Shown: piece after piece, positions 9,950 through 20,460 of the stretch
Layout of the letters: each line of letters opens with the position of its first letter
How positions within the stretch are numbered: position 1 is the stretch's first letter
Source: Verrucomicrobiales bacterium
GTDB lineage: Bacteria > Verrucomicrobiota > Verrucomicrobiia > Verrucomicrobiales > V1-33
Length of the DNA: 64,000 nt
Assembly: GCA_031411295.1 (NCBI GenBank)
Contig: JANOAV010000181.1
Span: forward strand, 33,446 to 97,445
Reading direction: 5' to 3'
Made by a program: the position numbers and the translations under genes
The notes under the pieces: generated by a model
Told to the model about the DNA's origin: nothing
What the model saw: only the letters and a program-made list of their open reading frames with translations
Database searches by the model: none

Positions 9950-12900
9950 TCAGGGCTTAAACGTGAATTTCCCGACATCGATGACCTGTTTGTTGTCCTT
10001 GAGCCGTCGCGTGATTGCTTGGCGCTGGGCATTGGGTTGGCCGAAGGCGGTTTGGAATTCCAATTGCACGGTGGTGGCACCGGCAAATTTCTGTTGGCGA
10101 TTCCCATAATAGTTTGCCTCCACCGTATAGGTTCCTGGTAGCGCCCGTTTGATGGTGAAGACTTCTGGCCCGTAGCCTTGCGTGAAGTCGTTGCTCATGT
10201 GGCCGCCGGTCTTGGTTCGGTTGTAATTGTAAATGCAGGTCTCTCCCGCAGGATCGGTCACCCAGAGATCGATATCGGTGGCATCGGCATCCCAAGAGAG
10301 CACCACGCGAAGATCCACTGGCACGGGTTCGTTGAGGAAACGTTTCTCGACGCCGAGGGTCCGCACCTTTTCTTGGAAATCGGCAGGAAGCCGGGAAAAC
10401 ATGTCGTTGAGTTCATGAAGGACGATGATTTCGATGCCAGTAAAGCGGCCGTTGTCAGGTTTGCGAATGACCTCCCAGAGCAGACCAGCAGCTCTAACGG
10501 GATCGGGATTTTTCATGCGGGTGAGTGCAATTGCCAAGTCCCGCCTACTCTGCGGTTCTTCGCCCCGCATCTCCAGGACTGATTCCAACAAGGGCAATGC
10601 CAATTCATAGCGATCCTGCTGCATCAGGCGATAGGCCAAGATGCGCAGTAAGGGAGCGCTCTCCAATTCCATTTCTGCGAGATTCGAAACGATCCTCAAG
10701 CCTAGCCGAGCGTCTTTCTTCTCATCCCAGAAATAATCCGCACAGTCCAAGAAAAAGGCCGAACTACTAGCGTTCGCTTTGCGTTCCTTCATGTAGGCAG
10801 CATAGGGATCATCCGCTCCGCGAATCTTCTTTAAATACGGGGCGTCTGGATTCCACGGCTTCACCTGAATGCTGCCGCTGAGTTTGGTTGACGAAGGTGT
10901 TGCCTCGTCTGCTCCGGCCATGGGCTTCGGCATTGCACCCCGACTTGGGGTAGGGCTAGCTACGGCTGGCGGTGGCGGTGGTGGTGGCGAGGCTGGAGCA
11001 TAGCCAGCGCCACCCGCGGGAGCTGCAAAAGGGTCCGCCCCAGTATTTGGTCTTAGTTCTCCTCGGCCGCTGCGTAAACCATTGCTTAAACCACTTTCGC
11101 TTGCAGGCGTCGTTAGTGATTTGAATTGCGGATACTTCGCCACCAAATCCATGCGCTTTTGTTCCAGCGCATCCAGCTTTAACATCGTTGCCACCGCCGT
11201 TTTTTCCCAAGCCTGTCGAGTCTCCGGATTCTTGCCTTCCTTATTCCAACGTCCTTGCAAAGCGGCGCATTCGTCGAGGATGCTTTTGGCTTCGGCTAGC
11301 AACTGACCGTCAATGAGCGGTTTCCCTTTGGAGCTCTCCGCCTTGCTCATGGTTTGCCATAGTTTGACTTCTGCTTTGGCAGTTGGTTCCAGCACGGACT
11401 CCAGCCAGGGATGGCGCTTGCGATGCCATTCTTGAAATTCTTTCCACTGCTTGGCCACTTCCTCCAGATGCTTGGATTCATCCTTCATCACCCGATCCTT
11501 CGGTTCCTTCGCCAACAGTTTCTGATACTGTTTCTGCAACTCCTCTTCGGCTGGCTCAATCCGATAACGAACGTAATCTTCGATCCGATCCAACACCAGC
11601 AGTGAGGTGTTGCTGGTCACTACGCGATGCTCCATCCCCAACTTCTGAATCGCTTCAGCGTTGCGTTTGGGATCAAGCCCCAACTCCGCAATCCGTTGTT
11701 GCGCCCAAGCCCGCCGCAGGAAATCTCCATGCTCCGCAGGCAGGGCTTCCGCTGGATCCAGCACAAAACGCTGCGTCACCTGCGACTTGCCACCATAGCC
11801 GAAACTCAATTCCAATTCGGTGCGTCCTTCACAACGTCCCGCCAGCGTAAAGCCCCCGGCTACCAAGGTCGGCAGTGCCGGCGCGAAATCTTCGGCCTTA
11901 CCGCTAATGACTTTGGCCCCCAAATACTGGAAAGTGCCACCGGTCTGCACTAACGGTAAAGCAGTCGCGGTGTCCATCGTTAGCAAATTCACCACCACGC
12001 CCTGTCCTTGGCGGGCCAAGCGTTCCAGGCGATTCGTGTCCACCATAGCTGCCGCATGGAGAAAAATCCAGCGTGCAGAACTCTTGCCATTTGCCGCGGT
12101 GAGGCCCGGTTCCTCGGTCGAGAAATTACTGAGTCCGTCCGTTACCACCACGATCTGATCTGCTCCCTTGACTTGATTAACATTGATACAGCCCAGCGAG
12201 GTCCCACCATCCAGTGGCAGCGCCTCGATGGCTTTGCGCAAGGCAGAGGCGTCGCCCTCCTTGATCTCAAATTTTACGGGCGCGTCAGCTTCATTGCGGA
12301 ATGCCACCAATTCTACCTCCACCGCTCCCAGCGACTTGAGCCACGCTTCCAGAAACGCCAACTCCCGCTTCCGATCCCGGTTCTCTGCGCTGCCGGAAGC
12401 ATCATAGAATAAGGCAATCCGTTGTGCCGCCGCCGTGGCAGGGAGCACTTTGGGGAGCGCAGGTTCCACTCGCGCATTGAAATAAAGTTTCGCTGGTTCC
12501 AACTTTTCCGAAACCAGCAGCACTTGCGGTCGGTCCGCCACCTTGGGCACCGTAAAGGCCAGCGGTTTGTTTGCCTTGTAGTTTTCCTTGGTGATCTCCG
12601 CCACAAAACTATCACGCCATTTCTCAAACGAAATTGCCTCCGCCTCCTTCGTCTCTCCCACCGGGGCCTCCTCTTGTTTCACCACTTCGGCCCGCGCATG
12701 GAACCGCGCCAGTTTTTGGGAGAAGGTTAGCGGCAGCAGATAACGCAATCCCTTGGCGTCGGCTCCCAGCGCCTGCTCAAATGAGACTGAAACGCGCTTG
12801 GTGCCATTGGCGGGGATCGGATAAATGCGGGTGCGGAAGACGTTGCCCTTGGTCAGTTCCGCCAACCCAGGATCAATCCCTTGCCGCACTACGTCCTCGA

Positions 12901-13243
12901 AAATTTCCCGGCCCGTTTCCTTGGGCACAACTACGGCCTGCCGCAGTTTGCCCTCGATCTCCAAGGCGTAACCAGAAACCGTCTGCCCTTCCCCCAGTGG
13001 GAAAATCAGCTCCCCTTCAATGACGCGACCGTTCGGATTAGCGAACGTGATGTCCATCGTCGTAGTCGCAAGATGCCCCCGAATTTTGATATCGACATCC
13101 ACGCTCTCCACCGTCATCGGTTTCAATTTCCCCTGACCCTGGGCCGGTGGCAGGAAGATCGTCGGTGGTCGGATCGCTTGCGCCATGGCAGCACCAGTGA
13201 GGCATAAAACCGTGAGACCAGATAGAATAAGTTGTCGAGACAT
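9950..13243 (-). CDS. Secreted VIT + vWA-like + DUF2135 (YfaP-like) protein
   Basis: N-terminal VIT (FANPNGRVIEGELIFPL); YDASGS and VVTDGLSN vWA-like motifs; Pro-rich linker; C-terminal DLRVVLSWDADATDIDLWVTDP...GYGPE. Confidence 0.8.
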   Translation of the reverse strand: MSRQLILSGLTVLCLTGAAMAQAIRPPTIFLPPAQGQGKLKPMTVESVDVDIKIRGHLATTTMDITFANPNGRVIEGELIFPLGEGQTVSGYALEIEGKLRQAVVVPKETGREIFEDVVRQGIDPGLAELTKGNVFRTRIYPIPANGTKRVSVSFEQALGADAKGLRYLLPLTFSQKLARFHARAEVVKQEEAPVGETKEAEAISFEKWRDSFVAEITKENYKANKPLAFTVPKVADRPQVLLVSEKLEPAKLYFNARVEPALPKVLPATAAAQRIALFYDASGSAENRDRKRELAFLEAWLKSLGAVEVELVAFRNEADAPVKFEIKEGDASALRKAIEALPLDGGTSLGCINVNQVKGADQIVVVTDGLSNFSTEEPGLTAANGKSSARWIFLHAAAMVDTNRLERLARQGQGVVVNLLTMDTATALPLVQTGGTFQYLGAKVISGKAEDFAPALPTLVAGGFTLAGRCEGRTELELSFGYGGKSQVTQRFVLDPAEALPAEHGDFLRRAWAQQRIAELGLDPKRNAEAIQKLGMEHRVVTSNTSLLVLDRIEDYVRYRIEPAEEELQKQYQKLLAKEPKDRVMKDESKHLEEVAKQWKEFQEWHRKRHPWLESVLEPTAKAEVKLWQTMSKAESSKGKPLIDGQLLAEAKSILDECAALQGRWNKEGKNPETRQAWEKTAVATMLKLDALEQKRMDLVAKYPQFKSLTTPASESGLSNGLRSGRGELRPNTGADPFAAPAGGAGYAPASPPPPPPPAVASPTPSRGAMPKPMAGADEATPSSTKLSGSIQVKPWNPDAPYLKKIRGADDPYAAYMKERKANASSSAFFLDCADYFWDEKKDARLGLRIVSNLAEMELESAPLLRILAYRLMQQDRYELALPLLESVLEMRGEEPQSRRDLAIALTRMKNPDPVRAAGLLWEVIRKPDNGRFTGIEIIVLHELNDMFSRLPADFQEKVRTLGVEKRFLNEPVPVDLRVVLSWDADATDIDLWVTDPAGETCIYNYNRTKTGGHMSNDFTQGYGPEVFTIKRALPGTYTVEANYYGNRQQKFAGATTVQLEFQTAFGQPNAQRQAITRRLKDNKQVIDVGKFTFKP

Positions 13244-13409
13244 ACCTCAGCGTAATGGATTAAGAGAGAAAAGAAAAGCCATGATTTCCTGACTACGCAT
13301 CCCGGGATTGATGACTTTCAAGAAATCCGCTTTCTATCCGCACCACGATATTTGCGTCCCAACTTCCCCGACCGATGCTGTAGGCCTGTTTCAACCACTT
13401 CATTAGTTC

Positions 13410-14759
13410 ATGCGCCATTTCATCATTACGCTTTCCCTGCTCATTGGCTCACTCTCGACCTCGCTCACGGCGGCAGAGGCCAAACGGCCCAATATCATTT
13501 TCATCCTTGCAGACGATCTTGGGATCGACAACCTGAGTTGCTATGGATCGGACAAACATAAGACTCCCAATCTCGACAAGTTGGCAGCATCTGGCACCCG
13601 ATTCGAGACCTGCTATGCCGCCCCGGTGTGCGGTCCCTCCCGTTGCTTGTTAATGACCGGGCGTTATGCGTTTCGCACCGGGGGCTTGGGGAACCAATCG
13701 TGGGAAGCAGGCGGACCCGGGGCGAAATCCGTCGATGAGAATGCGATCCCGAAGCTGTTGAAACAATCCGGCTACGCGACTGGCATGGCTGGCAAATGGC
13801 GGCAGGTCGGGGAAACGCCCAAGGATTGGGGTTTCGATGAATACAGCACGGATCCCACTGCCAGCGGATGGTATTGGCAGACCAAACATTTGCAAAATGG
13901 TCAGGAAGTCACCAAGCCAGAGGGAACCTACGCAGGGGATGTGGTGCATGAGTTTGCCATCGACTTCATCCGCAAGCACAAGGAACAACCGTTCTTCTTT
14001 TACTACTCCATGCATCACGTCCATGGTCCAATTCTGAAGACTCCCGACACCGCCAAGGACGGCAAAACCGACAAGGATGCGCTCTATGACGAGAACATTG
14101 CCTACATGGATAAGCAGGTCGGAGCCGTGATCGCAGAATTGGAAAAACTGGGACTCCGGGAAAAGACGCTGGTTTTGTTTTCGGGTGACAACGGCACCGC
14201 GCTTACCTATCCCAGCACCATCGGTGGTCGCATGTTGCATGGCAAGAAGGGCAGCATGCTGGAAGGCGGTTCGCGGGTGCCGCTCATCGCCAGTTGGCCA
14301 GGCATGACAGCGGCGGGTGCCGTTTCCAAGGATCTGGTGAGCTTTGCCGATCCTCACGCCACGTTCCTGGAACTGGCTGGAGGCAAGCTTCCAGAAGGAT
14401 TCAAGACCGATGGTCATAGTTTTGCTCCGCAGCTTCAGGGAAAGAAAGGCAGTCCGCGCGAATGGGCTTTCGTGCAATTTCATAACCAGTGGTATGTGCG
14501 GGAACCGAACTACAAATTGACCGAAGCCAACGAACTCTTCGACGTAAGCGATGCTCCCTACGTGGAAAAACTGATCGCTGCCACGGACGATACCGAAGCC
14601 AGCAAAGCCGCCCGCACCAGATTGGCGGAAGTGCTCAAAACATTGAACCCCGCAGCCGGAAAAACCGAAGCCACCGAAGGGGCAAAGCCCGGCAAAAAGG
14701 GGAAGTCGAAACGCCAGGCGAAACAAGCCCCAGCAGAGGCTGCCGCGCCTGCCAAATGA
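13410..14759 (+). CDS. Formylglycine-dependent sulfatase (S1)
   Basis: RPNIIFILADDLG, CGPSR signature, GKW, GDNG; signal peptide. Confidence 0.9.
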   Translation: MRHFIITLSLLIGSLSTSLTAAEAKRPNIIFILADDLGIDNLSCYGSDKHKTPNLDKLAASGTRFETCYAAPVCGPSRCLLMTGRYAFRTGGLGNQSWEAGGPGAKSVDENAIPKLLKQSGYATGMAGKWRQVGETPKDWGFDEYSTDPTASGWYWQTKHLQNGQEVTKPEGTYAGDVVHEFAIDFIRKHKEQPFFFYYSMHHVHGPILKTPDTAKDGKTDKDALYDENIAYMDKQVGAVIAELEKLGLREKTLVLFSGDNGTALTYPSTIGGRMLHGKKGSMLEGGSRVPLIASWPGMTAAGAVSKDLVSFADPHATFLELAGGKLPEGFKTDGHSFAPQLQGKKGSPREWAFVQFHNQWYVREPNYKLTEANELFDVSDAPYVEKLIAATDDTEASKAARTRLAEVLKTLNPAAGKTEATEGAKPGKKGKSKRQAKQAPAEAAAPAK

Positions 14760-14812
14760 TATCTCTTAGCTGAATCTAATATCCGCAACCTCCTGACTCT
14801 TTCCCCATCTCC

Positions 14813-16426
14813 ATGCGAATGATAAACTTTCTGCGAATGGCCACCGTTGTGATGGCCGCATTGTCCTATGCCGTCGGTGCCGCCGAAACGAAGCCTAATA
14901 TCATCGTCGTCCTGGTGGATGACATGGGGTTCTCAGACCTTGGTTGTTATGGTTCCGAGATTCCCACTCCGAATTTGGATGCGCTGGCGGCCAACGGATT
15001 GCGTTTCACCCAATTCTATAACACCGGGGGTTGCTGTCCCACGCGTGCGGCCTTGCTGACAGGATTGTATTCGCATCAAGCCGGGGTGGGGCACATGGTG
15101 GAGAACAAAAACGCTCCGGGCTATGTGGGGCGTTTGAATGACCAATGCGCCACTTTTGCGGAGGTGCTGAAGCCTGCGGGTTATTTTGCGGCCATGGCCG
15201 GGAAATGGCACGTGGGACAGAATCAGGATGTGACACCGTGGAGTCGTGGGTTTGAACGCAGTTTGAATGCGCCAGCCGGTGGCTTCTATCAAGCTGGCAG
15301 CCCACGGGCCGAGCTTTTCTTGAACGGAACGAAACTTGCCAAAGACGACGCGCGTTTGCCGCAAGGCTGGTATTCCACAGATCTTTGGACCACGTTTGGT
15401 TTGAAATTTATCGATGAAGCCAAGGAGGCGAAGAAACCGTTCTTCCTCTATCTGGCGCACAACGCCCCGCACTTTCCACTGCAAGCGCCAGCGGAGGAGA
15501 TCGCAAAATTTCGGGGCAAATACAAAGAAGGTTGGGACAAGCTGCGCCTGCAGCGGCATGCCAAGCAGTTGGAGTTGGGCCTGATCGAAAAAGCGTGGAC
15601 CATGGCCTCGCGTCCCCAAGATATCAAAGAGTGGGATAGCCTAACGGATGAGCAGAAGGACGAATTTGATCACCTCATGGCCGTCTATGCCGCCACAGTT
15701 TCCCGCATGGATAAAGCGATGGGCGATCTCACGGCAGGGTTGAAAGAACGCGGAGTCTTCGAGAACACCCTGATCCTCTTTATGAGCGATAACGGTGGTA
15801 ACGCTGAATCCGGGCCGAACGGACGTTCAGCGGGAGATCCCACCACTGCAGATTCCGATTGGTTCTGCGGAGAGAGTTGGGCGTTCTTGGAAAACACGCC
15901 GTTTCGTCGCTACAAGCATTTCAATCATGAGGGAGGCATTGCCACTCCGCTCATTGCGCACTGGCCGGATGGCATCAAGGCAAGGAACGAACTGCGCAAG
16001 CAACCTGCGCATTTGATTGATATCATGGCCACCTGTGTTGAGGTGGCCGGAGCGACTCCACTTAAGGAACTGAATGGCAAGCCAGTTCTGCCGCTGGAAG
16101 GCCGCAGCCTCGTTCCTGCCTTCTCTGACAAGCCCATTGAGCGAGACGCCCTCTACTGGGAGCACGAAGGAAATGCCGCTGTGAGGGTGGGGGATATGAA
16201 GCTCGTGCGCCTGGGCCGTAATGGAACATGGGAACTCTACGATCTCGCCAAAGACCGCACCGAACAACACGACCTCGCGACTGAACAAGCGGACAAGGTG
16301 AAGGAACTGGCAGCCAAGTGGGAAGCCTGGGCGATCCGCGCCAATGTAAAACCTTATCCGAATGAAGGTGGTGGTAAGAAGGCTGGGAAAAAGGCTGGCA
16401 AGAAGGAGGGTAAATCGGAATCATAG
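14813..16426 (+). CDS. Arylsulfatase (S1)
   Basis: KPNIIVVLVDDMG, CCPTRAALLTG signature, GKWH, SDNG, WEHEGN. Confidence 0.9.
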   Translation: MRMINFLRMATVVMAALSYAVGAAETKPNIIVVLVDDMGFSDLGCYGSEIPTPNLDALAANGLRFTQFYNTGGCCPTRAALLTGLYSHQAGVGHMVENKNAPGYVGRLNDQCATFAEVLKPAGYFAAMAGKWHVGQNQDVTPWSRGFERSLNAPAGGFYQAGSPRAELFLNGTKLAKDDARLPQGWYSTDLWTTFGLKFIDEAKEAKKPFFLYLAHNAPHFPLQAPAEEIAKFRGKYKEGWDKLRLQRHAKQLELGLIEKAWTMASRPQDIKEWDSLTDEQKDEFDHLMAVYAATVSRMDKAMGDLTAGLKERGVFENTLILFMSDNGGNAESGPNGRSAGDPTTADSDWFCGESWAFLENTPFRRYKHFNHEGGIATPLIAHWPDGIKARNELRKQPAHLIDIMATCVEVAGATPLKELNGKPVLPLEGRSLVPAFSDKPIERDALYWEHEGNAAVRVGDMKLVRLGRNGTWELYDLAKDRTEQHDLATEQADKVKELAAKWEAWAIRANVKPYPNEGGGKKAGKKAGKKEGKSES

Positions 16427-16537
16427 TTTTATCACTAATAATGATAAGTGCCGGGATGGCGGACCGCGTTTGCTGAAGCAATGATGCATCCAAGCTGCAT
16501 TGGGCGTCGTTTGTCGGAGGAATCCTTAATCATGCAT

Positions 16538-17329
16538 ATGAAATATCCAAACGTTCCCACCATAGCTGCTTTAACGACACTGCTCCTTAGTTCATGCGCT
16601 TCCCCGAAGATCAGCTCCCGGCCCGTGGCTGCATCTGAGACTGGGGCTGTGGCCTTGGTATCCGCCTCGCAGCAGGCCCACGGAGGGAATGCGTTCCGCA
16701 AGGTTAAGGAGATCACAGTGGCCTATGAGGGTAAATGGGGCGCAATCGGCCCGCGTTTCCAGCCGGTGTTAGTGGATCGACAGTTCCGTGGCAATTCGAA
16801 GGAGCATTGGGACGCAGGGATGCGGACCTTGAAGCAGATTCATACTGGAGCAGCAGGGCAGAAAGTCGTGGTGCGGCAGCCCGGTAAAGTTAACGTTTCC
16901 TACAACGGAACCACCTCAACCGATGCTGAGAAGAACCAAGCCGCCGCACTGGTGGCCGACGCCTACAGCATGTTCCTGCTGGGGCCGCATTACTTCGACC
17001 GGAAGGGCGTCACGTTAGTGAGTCATGGATCATCCAAGGTGGACGAATATCTCTGCGATGAAGTGCTGGCGGTGTTGCGGCCTGGTTTCGGTATGGCAGA
17101 GGAAGATCGGGTGGTGCTATTTATCGATCGGGCCAGCAAACAATTGCGACGCGTGGGAATGACCCTGAATGGACTGGAGAGCACGCGAGGAGCCGAAGTG
17201 GACGTGACTTTCCGCAACTTCCGCAGCGTCGAAGGAGTGCTTTGGGCGACGGATTTCGACGAGCGGATTCGCGTTCCCTTTGATCTGCACGCCCACCATT
17301 GGACACTGCAAGAGATCAACGTGCGCTAA
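16538..17329 (+). CDS. Hypothetical lipoprotein
   Basis: Long ORF; likely start at 16532 or 16538 giving the lipobox LLLSSC. Confidence 0.7.
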   Translation: MKYPNVPTIAALTTLLLSSCASPKISSRPVAASETGAVALVSASQQAHGGNAFRKVKEITVAYEGKWGAIGPRFQPVLVDRQFRGNSKEHWDAGMRTLKQIHTGAAGQKVVVRQPGKVNVSYNGTTSTDAEKNQAAALVADAYSMFLLGPHYFDRKGVTLVSHGSSKVDEYLCDEVLAVLRPGFGMAEEDRVVLFIDRASKQLRRVGMTLNGLESTRGAEVDVTFRNFRSVEGVLWATDFDERIRVPFDLHAHHWTLQEINVR

Positions 17330-17335
17330 GCCTGA

Positions 17336-19351
17336 TCAAGGGACCTTCTGCAGCACCAAAGCACAGCGGCTGGGCAGATAGACGAGCAGCCGTCCTTCCA
17401 GTGCGAAGTATTCCTGACCAGGCCGCAGGCGACTCAGGCCACAAAAACGGGCTTCATCCGTGTCCAGCACCAACTCATATTTGCCTTCAGGCACATTGAG
17501 GGGATAGTCTTGCTGGCTTTGGGTCGGGTGAAGATTCACGAGAAACAAGAATTCTCCCCTGCTATAAGCGATGATCTCATCCGTCACGTGACTGTAGTGC
17601 AGGAGGTTCGGTTGGCTGAAGACTGCGGCCGTCCCCAGCACATGGATTAAAGCGGCATCAAAATCGGCGAGTCCATGGTATTTCAAATCGGGATTATCCC
17701 GCAGCGACCATTGTCGACGGCTGTAGTGATAGGACCAATCATTGCCTTCGCGCGGGAAATCCACCCACTCTGGGTGACCGAATTCGTTTCCGATGAAATT
17801 TAGGTAGCCATGTCCCGCAGTGGTCAGGGTCATCAGGCGGGCAATCTTGTGCAGGGCCAGGGCCCGATCGATCACCAAGCTGGGGCGATCGCAATGCATG
17901 TCGGTATAGATGGCGGCATCGGCAAGTTGAAAGAAGAAGGTCTTCCCACCCACGATGGATTGATCATGCGATTCAACATAAGAAATGGTCATCTCATCCT
18001 GCCGCCGATTGATCAGCTCGAAATAAAGGTGCTCGATGTTCCAGTCTTCGTCGCGCTGCGTGGTGGCAAGTTTGAACCACAGGTCCGGCACACCCATCGC
18101 CAGTCGGTAGTCGAACCCTGCTCCACCCTCGGAAATGGCAGCGGCCAGGCCAGGCATACCGCTAACATCCTCTGCGATGGTCATGGCCTGAGGTCGCAGG
18201 TCATGGATCAACCGATTTGCCAGGGTTAGGTAAACCAAAGCATCTTCATCCGTGGCGGGCGTGAAGTAGTCCCCATAGCCGGAGAATACTTTCCCCAAGC
18301 CGTGGTGATCGTAGAGCATGGAAGTGACCCCGTCGAAACGGAAGCCATCCACGCGGAATTCTTCCAACCAGTAGCGGCAGTTGGAGAGCAGGAAACGCAG
18401 GGTTTCATCCTTGGAGTAATCGAAACAACGGGAGTCCCAGGCCTCGTGGTAGCCACGCGGGCCGTCGTGGAAATAGAGCCAGGGAGTGCCATCGAAGAGT
18501 GCCAGGCCCTCCAATTCGTTCTTCACGGAGTGGGAATGGACCAAATCCATAATCACGCGAATACCGACTCCGTGGGCCGCATCGATAAGTTCTTTCAATT
18601 CCTCCGGGGTGCCGAAACGCGAGGAGGGGGCGAAGAAATTACTAACATGATATCCAAAGGATCCGTAATACGGATGCTCCATGACGGCCATGAGTTGCAC
18701 CACATTGTAGCCCGCAGCGGCAATGCGCGGCAAGACGTGCTGCCGGAATTCAGTATAAGTGCCCACGCCACCTCGTTCCTGCGCCATGCCCACATGGGCT
18801 TCGTAGATCAGCGCTGGTTCAGCGGCGGGAGGGGCGGGTGGAAATTGCCATTGATAGGCGGGCACGTCCCAGACTTGCGCGGAGAAAAGTTTCGTCGTCT
18901 GATCCTGCACCAGCCGACGCCCGTAGGAAGGCAGCCGCAAGCCGTCACCACCGGGCCAGCAGATATGCAGTTGGAAATGCTGCCCATGCTGCAGGGCCTC
19001 GGCCGGGAGATGCAGTTCCCAGTCTCCGTGGCTCTCCATTCGTTGCATGGCATAGGCGGGAAGATCTTTCCAGCCTGAGGCGTCGCCCGTTAAGAAAATC
19101 GCGGTGGCGTTAGGGGCATACTCTCGGAAAATCCATCCCTGGGGCGTGCGATGCAGGCCGTAAAACTGGTGAGCGTTGGCAAAGTTCAGGAGCTGGGTGC
19201 CGGTGCCAAGCCGATTCAAGGTTTTCAAATACTTCATCCGCCGCCGCAAGAAATCAGCATCATACGGTGAGAGCCAAGCGTCATCTTGCAGCCGCCGCAG
19301 GGCAGGGGGCCAGATTGGTGAAGGAAGGGGAGAGTCAGGGGAGGGTAGCAC
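17336..19351 (-). CDS. glgB: 1,4-alpha-glucan branching enzyme (GH13, GH13_8-like)
   Basis: IYEAHVGM, SFGYHVSNFFA, GFRFDGVTSM (nucleophile Asp), AEDVSG (acid/base Glu), ESHDQ; start codon uncertain. Confidence 0.9.
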   Translation of the reverse strand: MLPSPDSPLPSPIWPPALRRLQDDAWLSPYDADFLRRRMKYLKTLNRLGTGTQLLNFANAHQFYGLHRTPQGWIFREYAPNATAIFLTGDASGWKDLPAYAMQRMESHGDWELHLPAEALQHGQHFQLHICWPGGDGLRLPSYGRRLVQDQTTKLFSAQVWDVPAYQWQFPPAPPAAEPALIYEAHVGMAQERGGVGTYTEFRQHVLPRIAAAGYNVVQLMAVMEHPYYGSFGYHVSNFFAPSSRFGTPEELKELIDAAHGVGIRVIMDLVHSHSVKNELEGLALFDGTPWLYFHDGPRGYHEAWDSRCFDYSKDETLRFLLSNCRYWLEEFRVDGFRFDGVTSMLYDHHGLGKVFSGYGDYFTPATDEDALVYLTLANRLIHDLRPQAMTIAEDVSGMPGLAAAISEGGAGFDYRLAMGVPDLWFKLATTQRDEDWNIEHLYFELINRRQDEMTISYVESHDQSIVGGKTFFFQLADAAIYTDMHCDRPSLVIDRALALHKIARLMTLTTAGHGYLNFIGNEFGHPEWVDFPREGNDWSYHYSRRQWSLRDNPDLKYHGLADFDAALIHVLGTAAVFSQPNLLHYSHVTDEIIAYSRGEFLFLVNLHPTQSQQDYPLNVPEGKYELVLDTDEARFCGLSRLRPGQEYFALEGRLLVYLPSRCALVLQKVP

Positions 19352-19456
19352 AGAGCAGAAAGACAGGAAAAATGCCGTTGGTCAAGAACATTAGCCCTGA
19401 GCATAATTCAGGCCAAAGCAAAATCCCGCAGGGGGATCCAGTCCGGAACCAGGCGC

Positions 19457-20341
19457 TCAATTGTGAGTGCGGCGGGCCAGTCGTTGGTTATAGGAGATGG
19501 ATTTTCGCAGCGCGATGATTTTCGCCACGAGCGGCCGAAAATTGCCCAGCGCTTTGCGGATCGCTGGGTCACGGCTGTCGGCGTGGTCACTCAGATAGAC
19601 CCCTACTTTGAAGGAAAGCTCGGACTTGGCGGTCTCCAGGGCACCGATTTTGGCGGACGTTTCGGCAACGTTTTTCGAGAGTTGGCCGATTTCGGTGACC
19701 AGATCTCCTGACTCCTCCTTCATTTCAGTGCGTTTCTTGGAAATGTCGCCATCCACTCCTTGCACCGAAAACTCAATTTTTCGCACGTCCGCTTCCTTAA
19801 GTTCAATGGCCTTCTTGTTTGCTTCATGAGTATTTTTGAGGTCTTGCAGCGTCACGCGAGTCCGCTCGATTTCCTCCGTCAAGTCCACCCCTTCCTGACG
19901 CTTGAGGACGTCGAGTTTCATTTTCAAGCTGTTGAAACGATCCCTTGTGGCACCATCGCTTTGGCGCATTTCTTCGATTTCCGCTGCGATCTCTGCGGCC
20001 CCTTCCATGACATTGGCTTTGTGGTCCCGCAGGTCCTGAATCTGCTCCTCATAGCGATCCTCGATGTTGTTGAGCTTTTCTTTCAGCACGTCGATCTGGC
20101 CCAGCATCTGTTCGCTGGTGGAGCGCAACTTTTCCTGTTGCGCATCCAAGTCTTTCAATTGCCAGAACTCGCCCGTCAGGTCTTCCAAGGCCCCGGTTTG
20201 TTTCCAAGCCAGGCGACCGAGTAAATCCTGCGCTTCGCTGAGAAATTGCGTCTCCCGGGTGACCGACCCCCAACGAGCGCGCTCGCCACGGATTCCGAAT
20301 TGCCAGGCGAGCCGATGTAAGAAAAAACCAATTGCGTTCAT
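19457..20341 (-). CDS. Hypothetical coiled-coil protein
   Basis: 294-aa ORF with a long E/K/Q/L heptad-like centre; no recognised motif. Confidence 0.7.
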   Translation of the reverse strand: MNAIGFFLHRLAWQFGIRGERARWGSVTRETQFLSEAQDLLGRLAWKQTGALEDLTGEFWQLKDLDAQQEKLRSTSEQMLGQIDVLKEKLNNIEDRYEEQIQDLRDHKANVMEGAAEIAAEIEEMRQSDGATRDRFNSLKMKLDVLKRQEGVDLTEEIERTRVTLQDLKNTHEANKKAIELKEADVRKIEFSVQGVDGDISKKRTEMKEESGDLVTEIGQLSKNVAETSAKIGALETAKSELSFKVGVYLSDHADSRDPAIRKALGNFRPLVAKIIALRKSISYNQRLARRTHN

Positions 20342-20460
20342 GTAAGGGGAGGAAAAGAGAAAACGGGGAAAGGTGTCATTGTAGCCAGTCCCGATTTTGG
20401 TGCAATCAGTTTCCGTCTGGCAACGGAATTGTTACGCCGGGAGTTTCAAGGAGCGTGGAG

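Noticed and set aside
13650..14726. Long antisense ORFs (358 aa here; also 14933-15619, 18302-19078, 37477-38241, 51201-51959, 62680-63414)
   Set aside because: Shadow frames opposite well-supported genes in GC-rich DNA; no motifs.
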